Origin: Felis catus
Lineage: Eukaryota
NCBI RefSeq assembly: GCF_018350175.1
Contig: NC_058368.1
Span: 115,942,001 to 116,006,000 of the forward strand
Reading direction: 5' to 3'
Length of the DNA stretch: 64,000 bases
Shown: piece by piece, positions 1 to 13,894 of the stretch
How the letters are laid out: the number at the start of each line of letters is the position of its first letter
How positions within the stretch are numbered: the stretch's first letter is position 1
Position numbers and translations under genes: made by a program
Notes under the pieces: model-generated
The model's database searches: none
What the model saw: the letters and a program-made list of their open reading frames with translations, nothing else
Told to the model about the DNA's origin: nothing

Positions 1-1160
1 TCAGGCTTCCGGTCCCCAAATTCTGATAACCTAGAAACTGGAAAATCAAGTTACTTCAACAAACGCATCCCTTGTGTTTCTCCTTCCAGGCTCCACATAT
101 CATTAGGTAAGACTGGCATTGGCTCAGATGCCCTTGCAGCCCATCACTCATTGCTAACCCTCCAGGGGGAGGGGAGTGAAATGGCTCCTAAAGCCACAGT
201 CGTGGGATAGGCTGCTCCCATCGGCCACCCTTACTCACAGCAGGGAGGAAGCAATTCACCTTCCTGGCTCCAGAGCCCTGCTTGCAACGGGAGGACAGGA
301 GGACGTATAGGCTGTCACCTGTATGAGAAGCAGGAAGTGGGGGGGGGGGTGCAGAAGAGAGCCAGTGCCAACCTGGAAGTCAAGCGGGAGGAGTTTGAAC
401 TCTTAGTACCTCATTCTCTGACCTTGAGCAAGTGACTTCACTCTCTAGGCCTTTATCTTCTCACATTTAAAACTAAATTTTGAGCCAGATAAGCTAACGA
501 CATGATTCCTATAAAACTGAACTATCATGGGCTTCTCTAACTTGACAGTTTGGGAGGACATTGTCTGCATACACCTCCCTGCAAATTCATCTTAACTCTG
601 TCCCCCCTAGCTCGCCCGTCATGCATTCATAAAAATAACACTCCAGGTGCCTGCCACCTATGTGCAAGGCCCTGTGCTAGGACTGTCCGAATGTGACACA
701 GTCTCTGCTCTCACGAGGTCATGGTCCAGCAGGGAGACAGATATCGGCCGTCAAACGATGTTTTGGTTATTACCATGAGTAAGTGCTAGATGATAGTGGC
801 ACTGAGTGAGCAGAGGTAGCATACCGGTTGCCTAGTCTGGGGTTTCAGAGAGCCTTCCTGAAGGAAGAAACATCTGAGCAGAGCGCAGAAGGACAGAAGG
901 AAGGGCACTTCAGAGACAGGAAAGAACACATACAAATGGCCTGACACAGGAGTCGGGTCTTGTCAAAGCTTGTGTGACCCCACAGCAGGGTGAAGAGCAG
1001 GGGGCGGGGATGCCATTGATGAAGCCCTCACAGGCCCAACCCCGCAGGGCCTGGAGGCCACGAGAGGGATGCGGTTGTAATATACATCAAGGTTAAAGAA
1101 AGGGATTGGAGCAGCCTAGGGGTGGCAGAGTCAAATCTGACTAGACGTGTGTTTTAAAAA

Positions 1161-1374
1161 ATTTTTTTAAGTGTATTTCTTTTAAGAGAGCGCTAGCATG
1201 AGAGGGGGAGGGACAGAGAGAGAGGCAGAGAAAGAGAGTGAGAGAGAACCCCAAGCAGGCTCTGCACTGACAGTGTGAACCCAACGTGGGGCTTGAACTC
1301 AACAACCATGAGATCATGACCTGAGCTGAAGTTAAGAGTTGGGGGTTTAACTGACTGAGCCACTCAGGCGCCCC
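1161..1374 (-). mobile_element. Carnivore SINE (Can-SINE/SINEC)
   Basis: Reverse complement of the GGGGCGCCTG..GGCTCAG head, (GA)n segment and T-rich tail. Confidence 0.92.
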
Positions 1375-1913
1375 TTGGTGTGTGTTTTTCAAAGCCCACT
1401 ATTGTGAAGAATGAGGACTCAAAGGGGCACAGGTCGGTAATAAAAAAGGCCTGTAACGAAGTAACTCTAGGAAAACCGGTGAAAGCTGGTCAGTATTTGA
1501 CATGGGTGATGTCAGTGAAGAGAAAGATTCAAGAGAGATTTAGGAGGGAAAAGTAACAAGATGGGGGTTGGGGGGGTGGGTTGCAGGTAGGAAAGAAGAA
1601 ATTAACAAAGTGCAACCCAAGTGGTTAAATTAGGGGACATTGTTAGAGGACAAGGTTTGGGAAGGGGGCGATATTATTAGTTCAGTCTGGGACACACTGA
1701 GTTTGAGATAGCTGTGAGACGTCACGTAGGGAAGATGAGTAGGAAGTTGAATATAACCTGGAGCTCAAAGTTCTCCAACTAAACGCATGAATTTGAGGGT
1801 CCTCATAGACACGGTCACTGAAGCCACGAAAACTGCATCCAGAGAGAGTAGGAGAAACAAAGAAAATCTCGAGTGGAGACTTAAGGCACTCCCCCATTTA
1901 AAACCCGGATAAA

Positions 1914-2130
1914 GGGGCACCTGGGTGGCTCAGTAGGTTAAGCATCGACTCTTGGCTTCAGCTCAGGTTATGATCTCATGGGTTTGTGAGTTCGAACCCT
2001 GCATTAGGCTCTGTGTGAGCAGCGAGGAACCTGCTTGGGATTCTCTCTCTCTCCCTCTCTCTCTATGCCTACCCTGCTTGCACTCTCCCTCTCTCTAAAT
2101 AAATAAACATTAAAAAAAGAAAGAAAAGAA
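1914..2130 (+). mobile_element. Carnivore SINE
   Basis: GGGGCACCTGGGTGGCTCAG head, (CT)n, AATAAA and A-rich tail. Confidence 0.93.
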
Positions 2131-5100
2131 GTAAAAACTGGGTAGAAAGGAAAGAGCTAAAAACCAGAGAATGTGAGGGAATGGCCAGAACTGCAGGAGG
2201 AAGACTGAGGGTCACATGACGGCAGCCGAGCCGACGGCCCTTTTCAAGAAGCCGGGGTCAGTTCATCGGATCAAAGTGCTGAGAGATGAGACAAGATGGG
2301 GAATGGCTGTGGACGTCAGGTTCAAGGACTTGGAGTTCACTCAGAGCATCTCTGATGGAGTGGGGATTGGGGAGGATGCCAAATAGGGGGACAGAAGAGG
2401 TCGGGAAACAGAGACAAAGCGTAGAAACTGTTCCTCCAAGAAGTCCAGCTGGAAAGAGAACAGAAAGCCGGGCAGGAACTGCAGATGGGAGAGACGGAAG
2501 TATGTTGAAAAGTGGATAGAAAAGATTCAGCGGAGATGAAGACAGAGAAAGGATCGTGGAAAGAAGGAAGGGTTGACAGTGTCTGGGTCCTGGGAAAGTG
2601 GGAGGGCAGAGCTGGCCTCAGACAGCGAGGGCAGCTCCTCAGCAGGTCAGGAGGGAGGAGGCGAGGATGATTTAAGTATGCCAGTCAGTTTATATTCGTC
2701 CCTCCAAATGCACAGCTATAAAGTCATCCCTGCTGATGCTTTCCAGAGAAAACCGCCAAATCTATAGGCCTGTGCATTGCTGTTGTGCAACCTAGACCCC
2801 AGGAAGCAAACAACCTCTGTGGGTCCCATTTCGACACCTACTACCAAACACACTCCCTCCTCTGCCCTGGGTTTGGGTCAGAACAAGGCCAAATGGAAGC
2901 TGCTTCCAGCCGAGCTGTCTGCAGGAGTTGCCACAGGATCTCGGGGAGATGGCCCATGTATAACCAGGTCCAATGGGGGAAAGGACCGAAAACAACAATG
3001 GAATAGAAGTCATAAAGCACGCACATACAGACAGAGGGGTCAGATGGCATGGCGTGCTCGGAAGGAAAAACAGCCCCACTCCTTCCCACAGTAACTTTGA
3101 AAGGGGGCGGAGGCTGCCTCGCTGCCTAACAGACTCAGCTCTTGTTTTACACACTACAGTCCAGGCTGAGATGCCTCCCACGTCGCTGCCCAGGCGCCTA
3201 ACCTACGGTTTCCCCAAGCCTGGGATAGGGGGCAGTTTCCCCACCTCGCTGTCTTATAACTGCGGCTATGACTCTGGGACCGGGATTCAGTAAGCATCTC
3301 TCAGTTCAAAGGGCACAAACAGCACAAGGACACAAAGATTTAAAATGATAAGTGCTTGCCAAGGTCACAGGAAGCAGAAGACCGAAACACAGACGCTGCT
3401 AAATCAAGGTCAGCACTTGACCCCCTGCAGAGCCAAGCCAACCCACTCCCCATCCAGGCCCTGTCCCTGCAGCTTGCTCTCTTTTCAATCCTCTGAGGCG
3501 CCCCTTCCTTCCCTGGACCACAGAGAGGATACTCACTCACAGCGCCAGTGCTTCTAACAAAAGCTCATCCCCGAGGGAAAATCAACAGAAAAGCTTAATT
3601 CCTAATGAAGAACTGTACAAGAAACCTATTTAGAATGCTGCCTCCTGGGTCCCTGTCGCCCACAGTCCCCAAAGCACTGGGGAAGGCAAGAAGAAAAGGC
3701 AGGGAATTACGGGGAAGTGATAACTGACACTTAGCAGACTGCCTATAATAAGCAAATGACATAAGAGAAATAAACACAGCTTTGGGGAGAGGTGCTGCAT
3801 GCGCTGGCCTAGCAGGCCCAGGGGCTCCAGGGAGGCACGCTGGGCTAGAAACCCCGTTATTTCTAGGGCACCAAGCAGCGTCTGACCTGAATCGGGAGGT
3901 TCTGGAAGCAGAGGCCAGAGGGCCAATCAGAGGCTGAGCAACGCAGGACAGCTCCAACCAGGAGCTGTGGTCACCAGCCCATTCCCAGAATTGAGTGGGG
4001 GGCGACCCACAGAACTCTTCAAAGAACCCAGTCCAGTCATCTCTTGAATCTCCTTAGCCAGGAGGGAATGTCTAGGTAATCAGTAAGAGCACATAATCCC
4101 CTTATCGGCTCTCTTTGTTTTCCGACCAGCTCTGCCTAGAAAGCAGGACTTTGAATTAGCTCCATCGCTTCTAACTAGTGGGGCCAGCTTGGAACTCACC
4201 TAATTGTTCTGAGCCTCGGGTTCCTAGATGTAACATCTGGAAGAGAAGGCCACCTTCCTAGGTTGTTGTGAGAATCAAATGAAGTAATGTCTATAAAAGT
4301 TCGTGCTTGGCCAATGTTAGTGCCTCTCTCTCTCACATCTTCACCTGAGCATTTGCATTTACATTTGTAAGTACAAGTTCTTAGTCCGTATTCCCTGAGC
4401 CCACAGCAGAGGACCAGATGGGCAGTGGCTCACGAGTGTCCCTGCCATTCGTTTGGAAAGGTAGATAGCCATCCATCCCTAGGTCATCAATAAAAGACTA
4501 AAACAACAAGAATTGGTACTAAGAAAGAGGCTCTGGATTTGCATTTGAACCTGAAGAGCTTTCAAAAGGTAAAAGAAAACAAGAACAGAATCCAGGCTGA
4601 AGAGAAGCTCCCCTGAGGGTGCAGTGGCTGTCTGGGTACTTGGAAGGTTTATGTTAGGAGTTTACGGGACAGAGAAAGGAGCCCAGTTCCTCACCTTCTA
4701 CCAGCCCAGAGCCCAGTACAGTCAAACCTAGGGCAATATAAACTATCCATTAACCCAAACGCACTCGTCTTCCACTATTTGAGGAAGCAGGAAATGATGG
4801 CAAAATTGTCATTCAAGATTTTTTTTTTTTTTTAAATCAAGAAGCAGGATACATCCCCAAACCAGGAATATATGTTCAAGCCAAACTTCTGCTTCCAGAG
4901 GTCTGTGCAGTGAGAAAGGAGAACCACGATGCACGACGCGATGCTCAAGGGCAGACTGAGCTCCACAAGTGCTGAGGCAGCGAAATGCCCCCATGCATTT
5001 CAGCAAGATCTTCTCTAGCAAAGGTTGAGATAAAATAGCTTTTCATATAGAAAAAAAGGAAAGAGTTTGTAGATGTGGCCCGCCTGTTTCCAAGAAAAGA

Positions 5101-5339
5101 GTTAGCTGATTTCATCACATCTACTGTGCCATCAACTGTAAGGCACAGGCACATTTCCGAGATGTTCATGTACAGAGCAGGGGAAGTGTTTCACAGAGCC
5201 AGTGAAATAGGATATGTCTGCCGGAGGAAAAACTCCATGCCATGCCTCAAACTCCCACTTTGTGGCCTTGCCCTTTAAGTCCTTGGCAGAGGGACCATGA
5301 AGAGGTTATGCAAAAAGCACACTCAGGACAGTCATCTTT

Positions 5340-5552
5340 TTCTTTCTTTTTTTTTTTTTTTTTGAGACACAGAGACACAGCACGTGAGCAGGGGAGGGAC
5401 AGAAGAGAGAGGAAGAGAGAGAGAATCCCAAGCAGACTCCACACTGTCAGTGCAGAGCCAGAAGCAGGGCTCAAACTCATGAGCCATGAGATCATGATCC
5501 GAGCAGAAACCAAGATTTGGACGCTTAACCAACTGAGCCACCCAGGTGCCCC
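5340..5552 (-). mobile_element. Carnivore SINE with TSD
   Basis: Flanked by aggacagtcatcttt (5325-5339) and aggacagtaatcttt (5553-5567). Confidence 0.95.
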
Positions 5553-7019
5553 AGGACAGTAATCTTTAAGACTGAGTAAACTGGTTTGTAGTTGTAACAA
5601 TCACAGAACATTCTGGTATAGCACTTTGCAATCTCAAAGCACTTTCACAGATATTATTTATATCCGTGTCAGGAAAGAAAAGTATCGTCAGCCTTATTTT
5701 TTCCAGTTAAGGAAACAGGCTCACAAAGGTCAGTTGTCCCAAGGTCACAGAGCTAGTAAGTGGCAAATTGGAGTTTAAAGTGACATCTCTCTCCTAGGAC
5801 AGTGCTGTCTGTTTTATGAGATAAGTGTGAGGTTAGGATCAATCCAGCATGTCCCCTGAAGAAGTCCTTAAGTAATGCCTGACCTCTATATTTTTAAGTT
5901 CTGTCCCTCCTCAACACTGTTTTCCTTGGAATGATCCTTAAAGGCCTACGGGGCTATGCAGTACTGGAAGACACCATGCTCTGCCTATCCTCTGGAAGTC
6001 ACTTGCCTATGGCATGTAACAGAACAATCACATAAGTTTCATACCACACAGGAAACCCACGATTCCCTGAAATATCACCTCTGCACCCATAACAAGCACA
6101 TGGCCTCATCTCTTAATTCCTTGTTCAGTCCAGGCGGAAGGGTCCTAGGATCCTGGTCTACATGTCCTTAGGGAACAATGAAGATGAGACATTCACTTAT
6201 TCCAGATGGCGGGGAGACCCCTGAAGAACAAAGGGAGAGAGTCAGAAATGGTCTTCCAATCTAGGGGAGGAACGACCCTCACCCGCAAGCCCACAGGCCT
6301 TATTTTAGGAAATATTTGGGCTCTTCCCAAAGGAAGAATAGCTTACATATCTGCATCATAAAACAAAAAATCTCAGTCCTCAGCTCTCAGCTTCCCTGCA
6401 GGAGTCCTCTGCCCTCATGGCATCAGCTACCCCCTCCTCATTTGTACACCGTGGACTTGTAATTCTACATCTCCAATGGGATCCTCTCTCCAGGGAGCCG
6501 GCCCTCTTTCACTGCTGTCCACCTCTTATGTTGCAGTCTCACTAAACCACTTCCCATCCCGGGGCAAACATTTAGTGAGGTAGGTCCTGTGCCCTGTGCT
6601 GGTCCCAAAATATGTTTGGAACTTTCTTTCCTCCAGGATGTTATTCAAGTTCTTCTCTCTACCTGGAATGACCTTCCCCTGCTACCAACTATCAAAGTCC
6701 AAGGTGACTCCTCTCTCAAGGTCTATCTACAATCCCATCTCCTTCTTCTTCAAGTCTTTTCTGATGTCTCTAACCAGATAGGCATTTGCTCCCCACTTTC
6801 TGTGCCTCTCGTAGCACAACACTGAGTGCCCTTTAACGATTGGACGACCTGCCATTCCCTCACTAGAACTGCATCAGCTCCTTAATGGTATATCCATGTC
6901 ATGCCCATTTTTACATTTCCTGTAACGAGTTCTGCACAAAGGCGGCAGCTAACAAATATTTTGAGGTCCTATTGTCCATTGTAGTTTCTGCTTGGGTCTC
7001 CCATTCACAAGGGGAAGCC

Positions 7020-7240
7020 TAGAGTAATGGCCTGGGTTCAGAATGCTGGCTCTGCCACTTACTGACAGCTTCAATATTGGGCAAATTATTTAACCTTTGC
7101 ACCTATGAGTTTTCTCCTTTGTGATAAAGGGGATAATAATAAAGTATTTCTTTTATATGGTTATAAGAGCTGAGTTAATGCTTATGTAGTGGTTAGTACA
7201 GTGCCAAATTCATAGTAAGTGTCATATAAGTGTTTGTTAA
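7020..7240 (+). mobile_element. MIR SINE
   Basis: cctgggttcagaatgctggctctgccacttact...gggcaaattatttaacct...ggggataataata MIR core. Confidence 0.75.
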
Positions 7241-7295
7241 GTAAATAAAATCATTGCCAAACTCGTCATTTTCCTCCTTAAAAATTACTTTTCTC

Positions 7296-7509
7296 GGGGG
7301 CACCTGGGTGGCTCAGTCAGTTGAGCGTCCAACTTCAGCTCAGATCATGATCTTGCAGTTTTTAGTTCGAGCCCCGCATTGGGCTCTGTGCTGACAGCTC
7401 AGACCCCGGAGCCTGCTTCGGATTCTGTGTCTCCCTCTCTCTCTGCCCCTCCCCTGCTCACACTGTGTGTGTGTCTCTCTCTCAAAAATAAAATAAACAT
7501 TAAAAAAAA
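7296..7509 (+). mobile_element. Carnivore SINE
   Basis: Full head, (CT)n and A tail; imperfect TSD ttactttt. Confidence 0.93.
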
Positions 7510-10299
7510 TTTTTTTTAATTTACTTTTCCTCACAACTTCTCCATTTCTGTAATGGCACTATTATTTTTCCCAGCTTTCCAAGTTTAAACTTTGACCCCT
7601 TTCTCTGCTTCATGACCCCTTTCCCAGCTGCCGCCCAGCTCATGATGAAGTCTTACAGATTCTGGAAAGAAACAGCATAGTTTACCTGCCTCTCCCCCAG
7701 TTTTCATGGCTTTAAGGACTTTATAGCTCCCTCCTTGATCTCTGGAACATGTATCTCTCGCCAACTCCAGTCCACTCTGAATTGTGTATGTAACGTATTT
7801 GCAAACATTCCTCTCTTCATATCATATCTCTGCACCAGTACCTACAATGGGGCCATATCACCTCCAGAACTAAGTCCATGCTCCTTCCCCTGTCTCTGGA
7901 GACCGTCTTTAATCTGGTCCTGCCCTGCTTTCCTAATCTTATCTCCCCACTATCTCTACTCCAACCACACTAATCTCCTCATGGTTCTGTAAAGACATCT
8001 TGCTTGTCCCTACTTCTGCTCACATTGTTCTTTTGGCCTAGAAGCCTTTCCCTTATCCTCCTAAATCCCAAAAACCTATTCATTCAAGACTGACCTCCAG
8101 TCCTAACTCTGTTCAGAAAATTTCAGCCCCCACTGATCTTCCTCATCTCTGAATTCTTTAGTCTATTTTCCCTTTTTGCAATTATTATATATCTTTGTTT
8201 TATGTTGCCTGCTATGGATTCATGTGAATAGGACATCCTCAACTAGCCTGGAAACCTCTCAAGGGCAAGACACATGACTACTAGACCTCTCTAGCATCCT
8301 TCAAAGAAAACAACAATAAAGGAGCTAAACTATATATCTATTAGCCAACATTTGGTGACAAACTTCCCTCTCCCTTTCTTTGGGAGGCAGGGAGTGAATG
8401 AGAATGGGGCCTCCTACCCATCTAGCTGATCTGATACGCTGTGTTCACAGATGGTGTGGCAACCCTACCTGGGGGATTTGCCATAGCCAAAAAGCCCACT
8501 CTCTCTGTTGACAAATGCCAACAATCCCTGTAATCTAGGCTGCCATATGGTTCACCCAGTTGTGTAGCAAAATTGGTTTGTATGGACAGACCAAGTAGGC
8601 CAGCCCTATGGAATGGAGGGAGGTCACCTTGAGCTAGCCCTGCTGAAAACAAGCAGGCAGAGTCCCCAAGGACAAGCCAAAGGTCAAGCAGATGCAAAAC
8701 CCACATGCCCTGATGCACCTGTCAACTGAATCTACCCCTCCCCTGGAATCTAAAGACATGGGCCCAACAAGTCCCCCCCACCTCAAGACTCTTGAGACCT
8801 CCTTAGAGGAATCCACAGCTGGACAAGGGCAGAGAAGAGGTTACACTGCCTTCCCTGCATGGAGACAGCTGTCCAAAGTCAGAGTTTAACTTCTGTTTTC
8901 ACAGCATCTGGTCCTGAGGGCCATTAACAGTAAAACATTTTTATCATGGAGCCAGCTGTCCTAATTTAGGAGGGGCACACCCCATTTTTGATCAACTATT
9001 TATCATTTTACCCATTTTCCTTCCTTTGTGGATTTCAAAGGCAGAAAGAGGTCAGGCCCCCATCATCTTCCTAAATTGCCCCAATCCCTCCCATCCAATT
9101 ATCACAATCACAGACTCAGGGAGTCTGCTCGGATTTGATACTCAGAAAGGAATACAGGGAAGCACAGCTTCAAGAAAGAAATTCAGCGCTCCAGACATCC
9201 AGATTGTCCCTCAGTCTGGGATTTTGCTAAAATTTTCAAAGAAAAGCTATAAACCCATGCAGGATCTCGTTTGATGCCATGCCACTTACCTAGTTGGCTT
9301 GAAACACTCTCTCCTCCCCAATTGTCACAGCTGAAGAAGAAACCAGCATTTGTCAGCTCAAAACAAAGCCCAGGGTGTAAGGACAGGCTGCACAAGGTCA
9401 CAGAGAAAGCAGTGGGCTGAGACTGGACCTGGGAAGGCCGATTTCCAGGAAGGGCTCTCATCATTTAAAAGCAAAACGACAACCGAAAACCTGATAATGC
9501 CTGAATAGTCTCCTCTTCTTTGACTGAGGACACAGCCCAGACTCTCCTCCTGGCCACCTGAAAGAAGCTTCTGTCGCTTCTGACAGCCTGATTTTTATGG
9601 CAGTTCTGCCACTCACTTACCACCAGTCACTCTATCCACATCCTAATGTGCTAATGCCCCCAATAACCCCCATAATAGCTGCTCTGATACTCAAAGAAGA
9701 AAGCTCTGAGTATCAAGAGGACCTTGGATGTATCCTTTGTGATAAATAGGCCTTCTCTTAACTTTGGCTGATTTTGAACTGGCTCTCTTGGCTATGATCT
9801 TTGGGAATGGCACACCTAGGTACTCTGGAGTCACACAGGAGAAGAAATAATTTCTTCACTCATTTTCCCCTCAGGTGATATTTATGGAGATCCTGTAACA
9901 TGCCGAGTTCCATGAAAGTGATAGGGATACAATGGCATATGGAACAGCCAAATTCTCCTAGCCCTGAATAATCTAGGGTGCTTAGTAATAAGCACCCTGA
10001 ATCTGAATAATCAAGGTGTTTCCCATTGAGGCTAATAAAACACAGACTGTAGTCCACACATCAGAGATTTGGTTTTCATCGGTATAAACAGCAGCAGCAG
10101 TAACAGTAGAGTCCGATATAGCCCCGGGTAACTAAACCAACCCCCAATTTTCATCTAAAGCAGCTGCCTCAATCTGCTACTTTCGTACATCTCTGCCAAC
10201 ATATTTCATACCTAGGCCAATCTCCTTCCATGAACCAGACGTTTATTCTAATTGCCAGTTCTAATCGTACAGTAGAATCCATTCTCCAAGTCATCAGGC

Positions 10300-11440
10300 A
10301 GTTGTTAGCGACCTAATGTAACTAAGGCACACAAAAAAATAAGTAAAATACATCCTTTGCTGCAGTTCCATCTTACAGTCAAGAAGCACCTAGTCTAGGG
10401 CCGCCTGGGTGGCTCAGTCGGTTAGGCAGCCGACTTTGGCTCGGGTCATGACCTCGTGGTCCACGGGTTTGAGCCCCGCGTCAGGCTCTGCGCTGAAGGT
10501 TCCGAGCCTAGAGCCTGCTTTGGATTCTCTCTCTGCCCCTCCCCTGCTCGTGCTCATTCTCTCTCTCTCTCTTAAAATAAATAAACATTAAAAAGAAGCA
10601 GCAGCAGCAGCAGAAGCAGAAGCTCATAGGCTAGGGATCATACACAAACACCTGCTTCCCTATCCGACCATGCTAAATGAAAGAGTAGACCATTACGATT
10701 ACAGAAGAGCTAACAACTGCTACAGGAACATAGAGGATGCCATGATTCATTCAGACTGAGGGGATCAGAAAAAGCTTTGAGGAGAAGTGGGCTATGAGCT
10801 GCACTTTGAAGGATGAGGAGGCTAGCAACTGACTGAGAAAGAAAGGAAAAGCATACCAAGCCGGGGAAACAAAATGCACAAAAGCATTAAGGAAGAAAAA
10901 TGTAAAATGTGTCCTAAATTTTCAAAACGGCACAGCCTGGCTCCAGCAAAGAGTAAGTGTGGAAGAGTGGGCTGCAGTCTTAAAGGCCAGTTGGGTCAAA
11001 TTGTGGAAGGCCCTGCATGTCATGTGAAGGCGTTTTCACTTTATCCTGTAAATGATAAGAGGCTGATGAAGACTTCTGAGTTGGGCAGACACAATTACTT
11101 TGCTTTAGAAAGCTAATTCCAGGAAAGATGATAGAAGAAAGACTCTGAAAATGGGGAATTCCCTTTAGCAGCTACTGTGACAGCCTAAGGGAGATACAAG
11201 TACCCAACTAGAGCATCATGAATGAAAAGACTTGTTTTGAAGAAACTTTGCAGTAGTAAAAACTGTCATGAACTTGACAATGTACTGGACACAGGGATGA
11301 AGGTAAGAAAGGAACAAAGACAATGCTGAGGTTCCTAATGGCTTGGAAGACTAGATCGATGTTGTTATCTCAGACGGGAGTGTCTTTTACAACATGGGAT
11401 ATGGTAAGGGGATAATGAACTCAGTTTGAGGCATTTTGAA
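10300..11440 (-). mobile_element. Degraded L2 LINE
   Basis: L2-like motifs (gagctgcactttgaaggatgaggagg, ttgtggaaggccctgcatgtcatgtgaaggcgttttcactttatcctg). Confidence 0.55.
10398..10594 (+). mobile_element. Carnivore SINE
   Basis: Head, body and tail present, followed by a short (GCA)n stretch. Confidence 0.92.
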
Positions 11441-11824
11441 TAGTATCCTTTGTTAGGACCTCAGCAAAATCAAAAGCAATGTCTCAAAGAATCTTTGCAA
11501 CAGACAAAAGGCCCTTAATGATCTTAAGGTCATGCCTCCCAGGTCCTTTCCAATCAAGAATAGGGATTCCACTAATCTCAAGGGTGTTGTCCCACAGCAG
11601 CCCACAGGGAGCTCAAGGTAGAGAGGAACTCATCTTGGTAAGATTTGAGGGTGTGGCTTTTGTCTAACATAGTGAACCCTGATAAGATTCATAGGCAGAC
11701 CACACATTTTTAAAACGAAGTGTACTAGCAAGAACACTGCCTAAAAGGGGCCAAGCGCTACAAAATAAAAAGGCTTTAGACCCCCCAAACATCTACAGGT
11801 AGGAAGTAGACTGAGTGTGCTATA

Positions 11825-12335
11825 TATAGTTTTTATTTTCTATATAGTATGATGTTTTGACATCTTAAAAAACCCTTCCTGTCTGGAGAGACTGCACCAG
11901 TCAGGGTTAGCCACTACTTAGAAATAGCAAAAGACTGTGTCAAGACTATGCCTTTGACATGCAAACTAACCACTTCAGAGCCATACTCTTCTACCTTCCC
12001 CTTAATCATCCCAGGACCAGGTACCAGGCAAGCAGGTACCACCCTTATAGCTTAGAGTCCACCAAAACTATTCAAACCAGCCAATCCTAAATAATTCACC
12101 CTGTCCTGGGTCTCTATTCCCAAGGAAATCCCAATAAAGTCTCTGGCCTAATACTTTTTGCACTTTTCTGTCTTCTGTCACCTGCCCCAACGCAGGCATT
12201 TTTTTCTGTGACCCTATGTGGCATGTGGTGAGCCCTTCTCTAGGACCTGTGAGTATAGTAACCTTTGTCTTTTTGTGCCTCTCCTGTGTCTTCTCTTGTG
12301 GCTGCACCTGACTGACCATCACTTGAAAGAACGCT
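11825..12335 (+). mobile_element. Solo ERV1-type LTR (MER34/MER39-like)
   Basis: About 500 bp with tatgatgtttttgacatctt start, tgcaaactaacc, CCAAT and internal AATAAA near 12133. Family assigned from memory. Confidence 0.5.
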
Positions 12336-12559
12336 GAGTAAAGTCCTTAGCTGCAAACACAGGCCATGTTTTATGGAAAAGGAAGGATAATTTAGAGGGC
12401 AAAACCAGGAGCCTATAGGGTAGAACCAAGAATAGTAGAGAATCATTCCCAGACAGTAGGACTGAGCCTACTCACATGCCAGGCTGGATTTCAGAACTGC
12501 TAATGGACTAGTGGCTTCGGTTGCCCCCCTTCCAAATGGGAACATCTACCTTAGATAGA

Positions 12560-13045
12560 AGGCCAAGGAGACATGACAACTAAATGTGATGTGAGATTCT
12601 AGATTGGATCCTGGACTAGGAAAAGGCCATCAGTAAGACAATTGGCAAAATTTGAATAAGGTCTATAGATTAGTTAATAGTATTGCATCTGGGGGGCCTG
12701 GGGGGCTCAGTTGGTTAAGCGTCTGACTGTTGGTTTCAGCTTAGGTCATGATCTCACATTTTGTGGGGTCGAGCCCTGCGTTGGGCTCCACTTTGACAGC
12801 ATAGGGCCTGCTTGGGATTTGTTCTCTCCCTCTCTCTGACCCTCTGCTTGCTCACTTTCTCTCTTTCTCTCTCTCTCTCTCAAAATAAATAAGCTTTAAA
12901 AAATAGTATTACATCAATACTGTTATTCATTTCCTGGTGTTGATAATTTTGCATGGTTGTATGATTTGGGGAAGCTGGGAAAAGGAAAGTCTTTGTACTT
13001 TTTGCAACTTTCTTGCACATTTTGAATTATCTCAAAACTTAAAGT
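12560..13045 (+). mobile_element. Old L1M 3'UTR fragment
   Basis: ggagacatgacaactaaatg...gattggatcctggac...aaaatttgaataaggtctatagattag...gtactttttgcaactttc motifs. Confidence 0.7.
12691..12901 (+). mobile_element. Carnivore SINE inserted in L1 fragment
   Basis: TSD aatagtattgcatc / aatagtattacatc. Confidence 0.93.
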
Positions 13046-13894
13046 CACTTCAAAATGTTTATTACCAATTTCTAAAAAGGGGCAACTATGGCGGTTACCT
13101 TACATCAATCCCAGCACTGTATGGTGGTTGGGGGGGGGGGGGAGGCAGGGGTTGAGGGCAGTCAGATAACTTGTTCCTATAGTTCACTTCTTCAAGTCAG
13201 GAGGAACCATACTCAAGTTGTTGTACCTAAGGAACTGCTTTAGAGAAGCATCATCTGCACATACACTTGATTAAGAGGATGAGATCCTGGACCCTAGGCC
13301 CGAGTCTAAGCCTGAGTCTGGTATTATAATAGATGAGCTGTTTTGAAGGAGTAGGATTTGGGGTGAGGATGAGTGTATTTTTCATATAAATGGTTTGTGA
13401 CCAGAAAGCAGACTGTAATGGTTTCAAAACATATCCACAGATTCTTTGACAATCCTTCCACCAAGAAATAGTCTAATTCTGCTCCCCTTGAACCTGGTCA
13501 GGGCTTAGCAACTAACTCTCTTCTAACAAACAGAATGTGGCAGAAGTGACTTCTGAGGCTAGATCATAAAAGACAATTCAGCTTTTGCCTGGCCCTCTCT
13601 TGGGATGCTCCCAGGTAAGGTCCCTGGCCCATAACCCCAGCTAAGCTCCCAGATGAGAACGGCCAGCAATGGCTTCTAGACATATCAAGAGGAAACTTTG
13701 AAGTGACCCAGTCTCAGCTACTGTCTGACTGTTCAGCCACCATGTGACCAAAAATTACATGAAAGATGCTAACCTCCTAGCTGAGCCCAGTCAATCCCCA
13801 GGACTTTGAGAAATAATGACAAAGAACTGTCGCTGTTGGAAGCCACTTCATTTTGGGATGATTTGTTATGCAGTAATAGATACCTGAAACAATG

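Larger units (their letters stand above)
620..2560 (-). mobile_element. Degraded L2 LINE (3' part), interrupted by two SINEs
   Basis: Begins with reverse-complement L2 3'-end motifs (cattcat...cctatgtgcaaggccctgtgctagg...tctctgctctc) followed by purine-rich L2-like body. Confidence 0.6.
11680..13890 (+). mobile_element. MaLR (MLT1-like) internal remnant plus 3' LTR (LTR about 13414-13890), with nested insertions
   Basis: LTR starts TGTAATGGTTTCAAAACATATCCACAGATTCTTTGAC after a purine-rich tract and ends aagccacttcattttgggatgatttgttatgcagtaatagatacctgaaACA, typical of MLT1. Confidence 0.6.
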
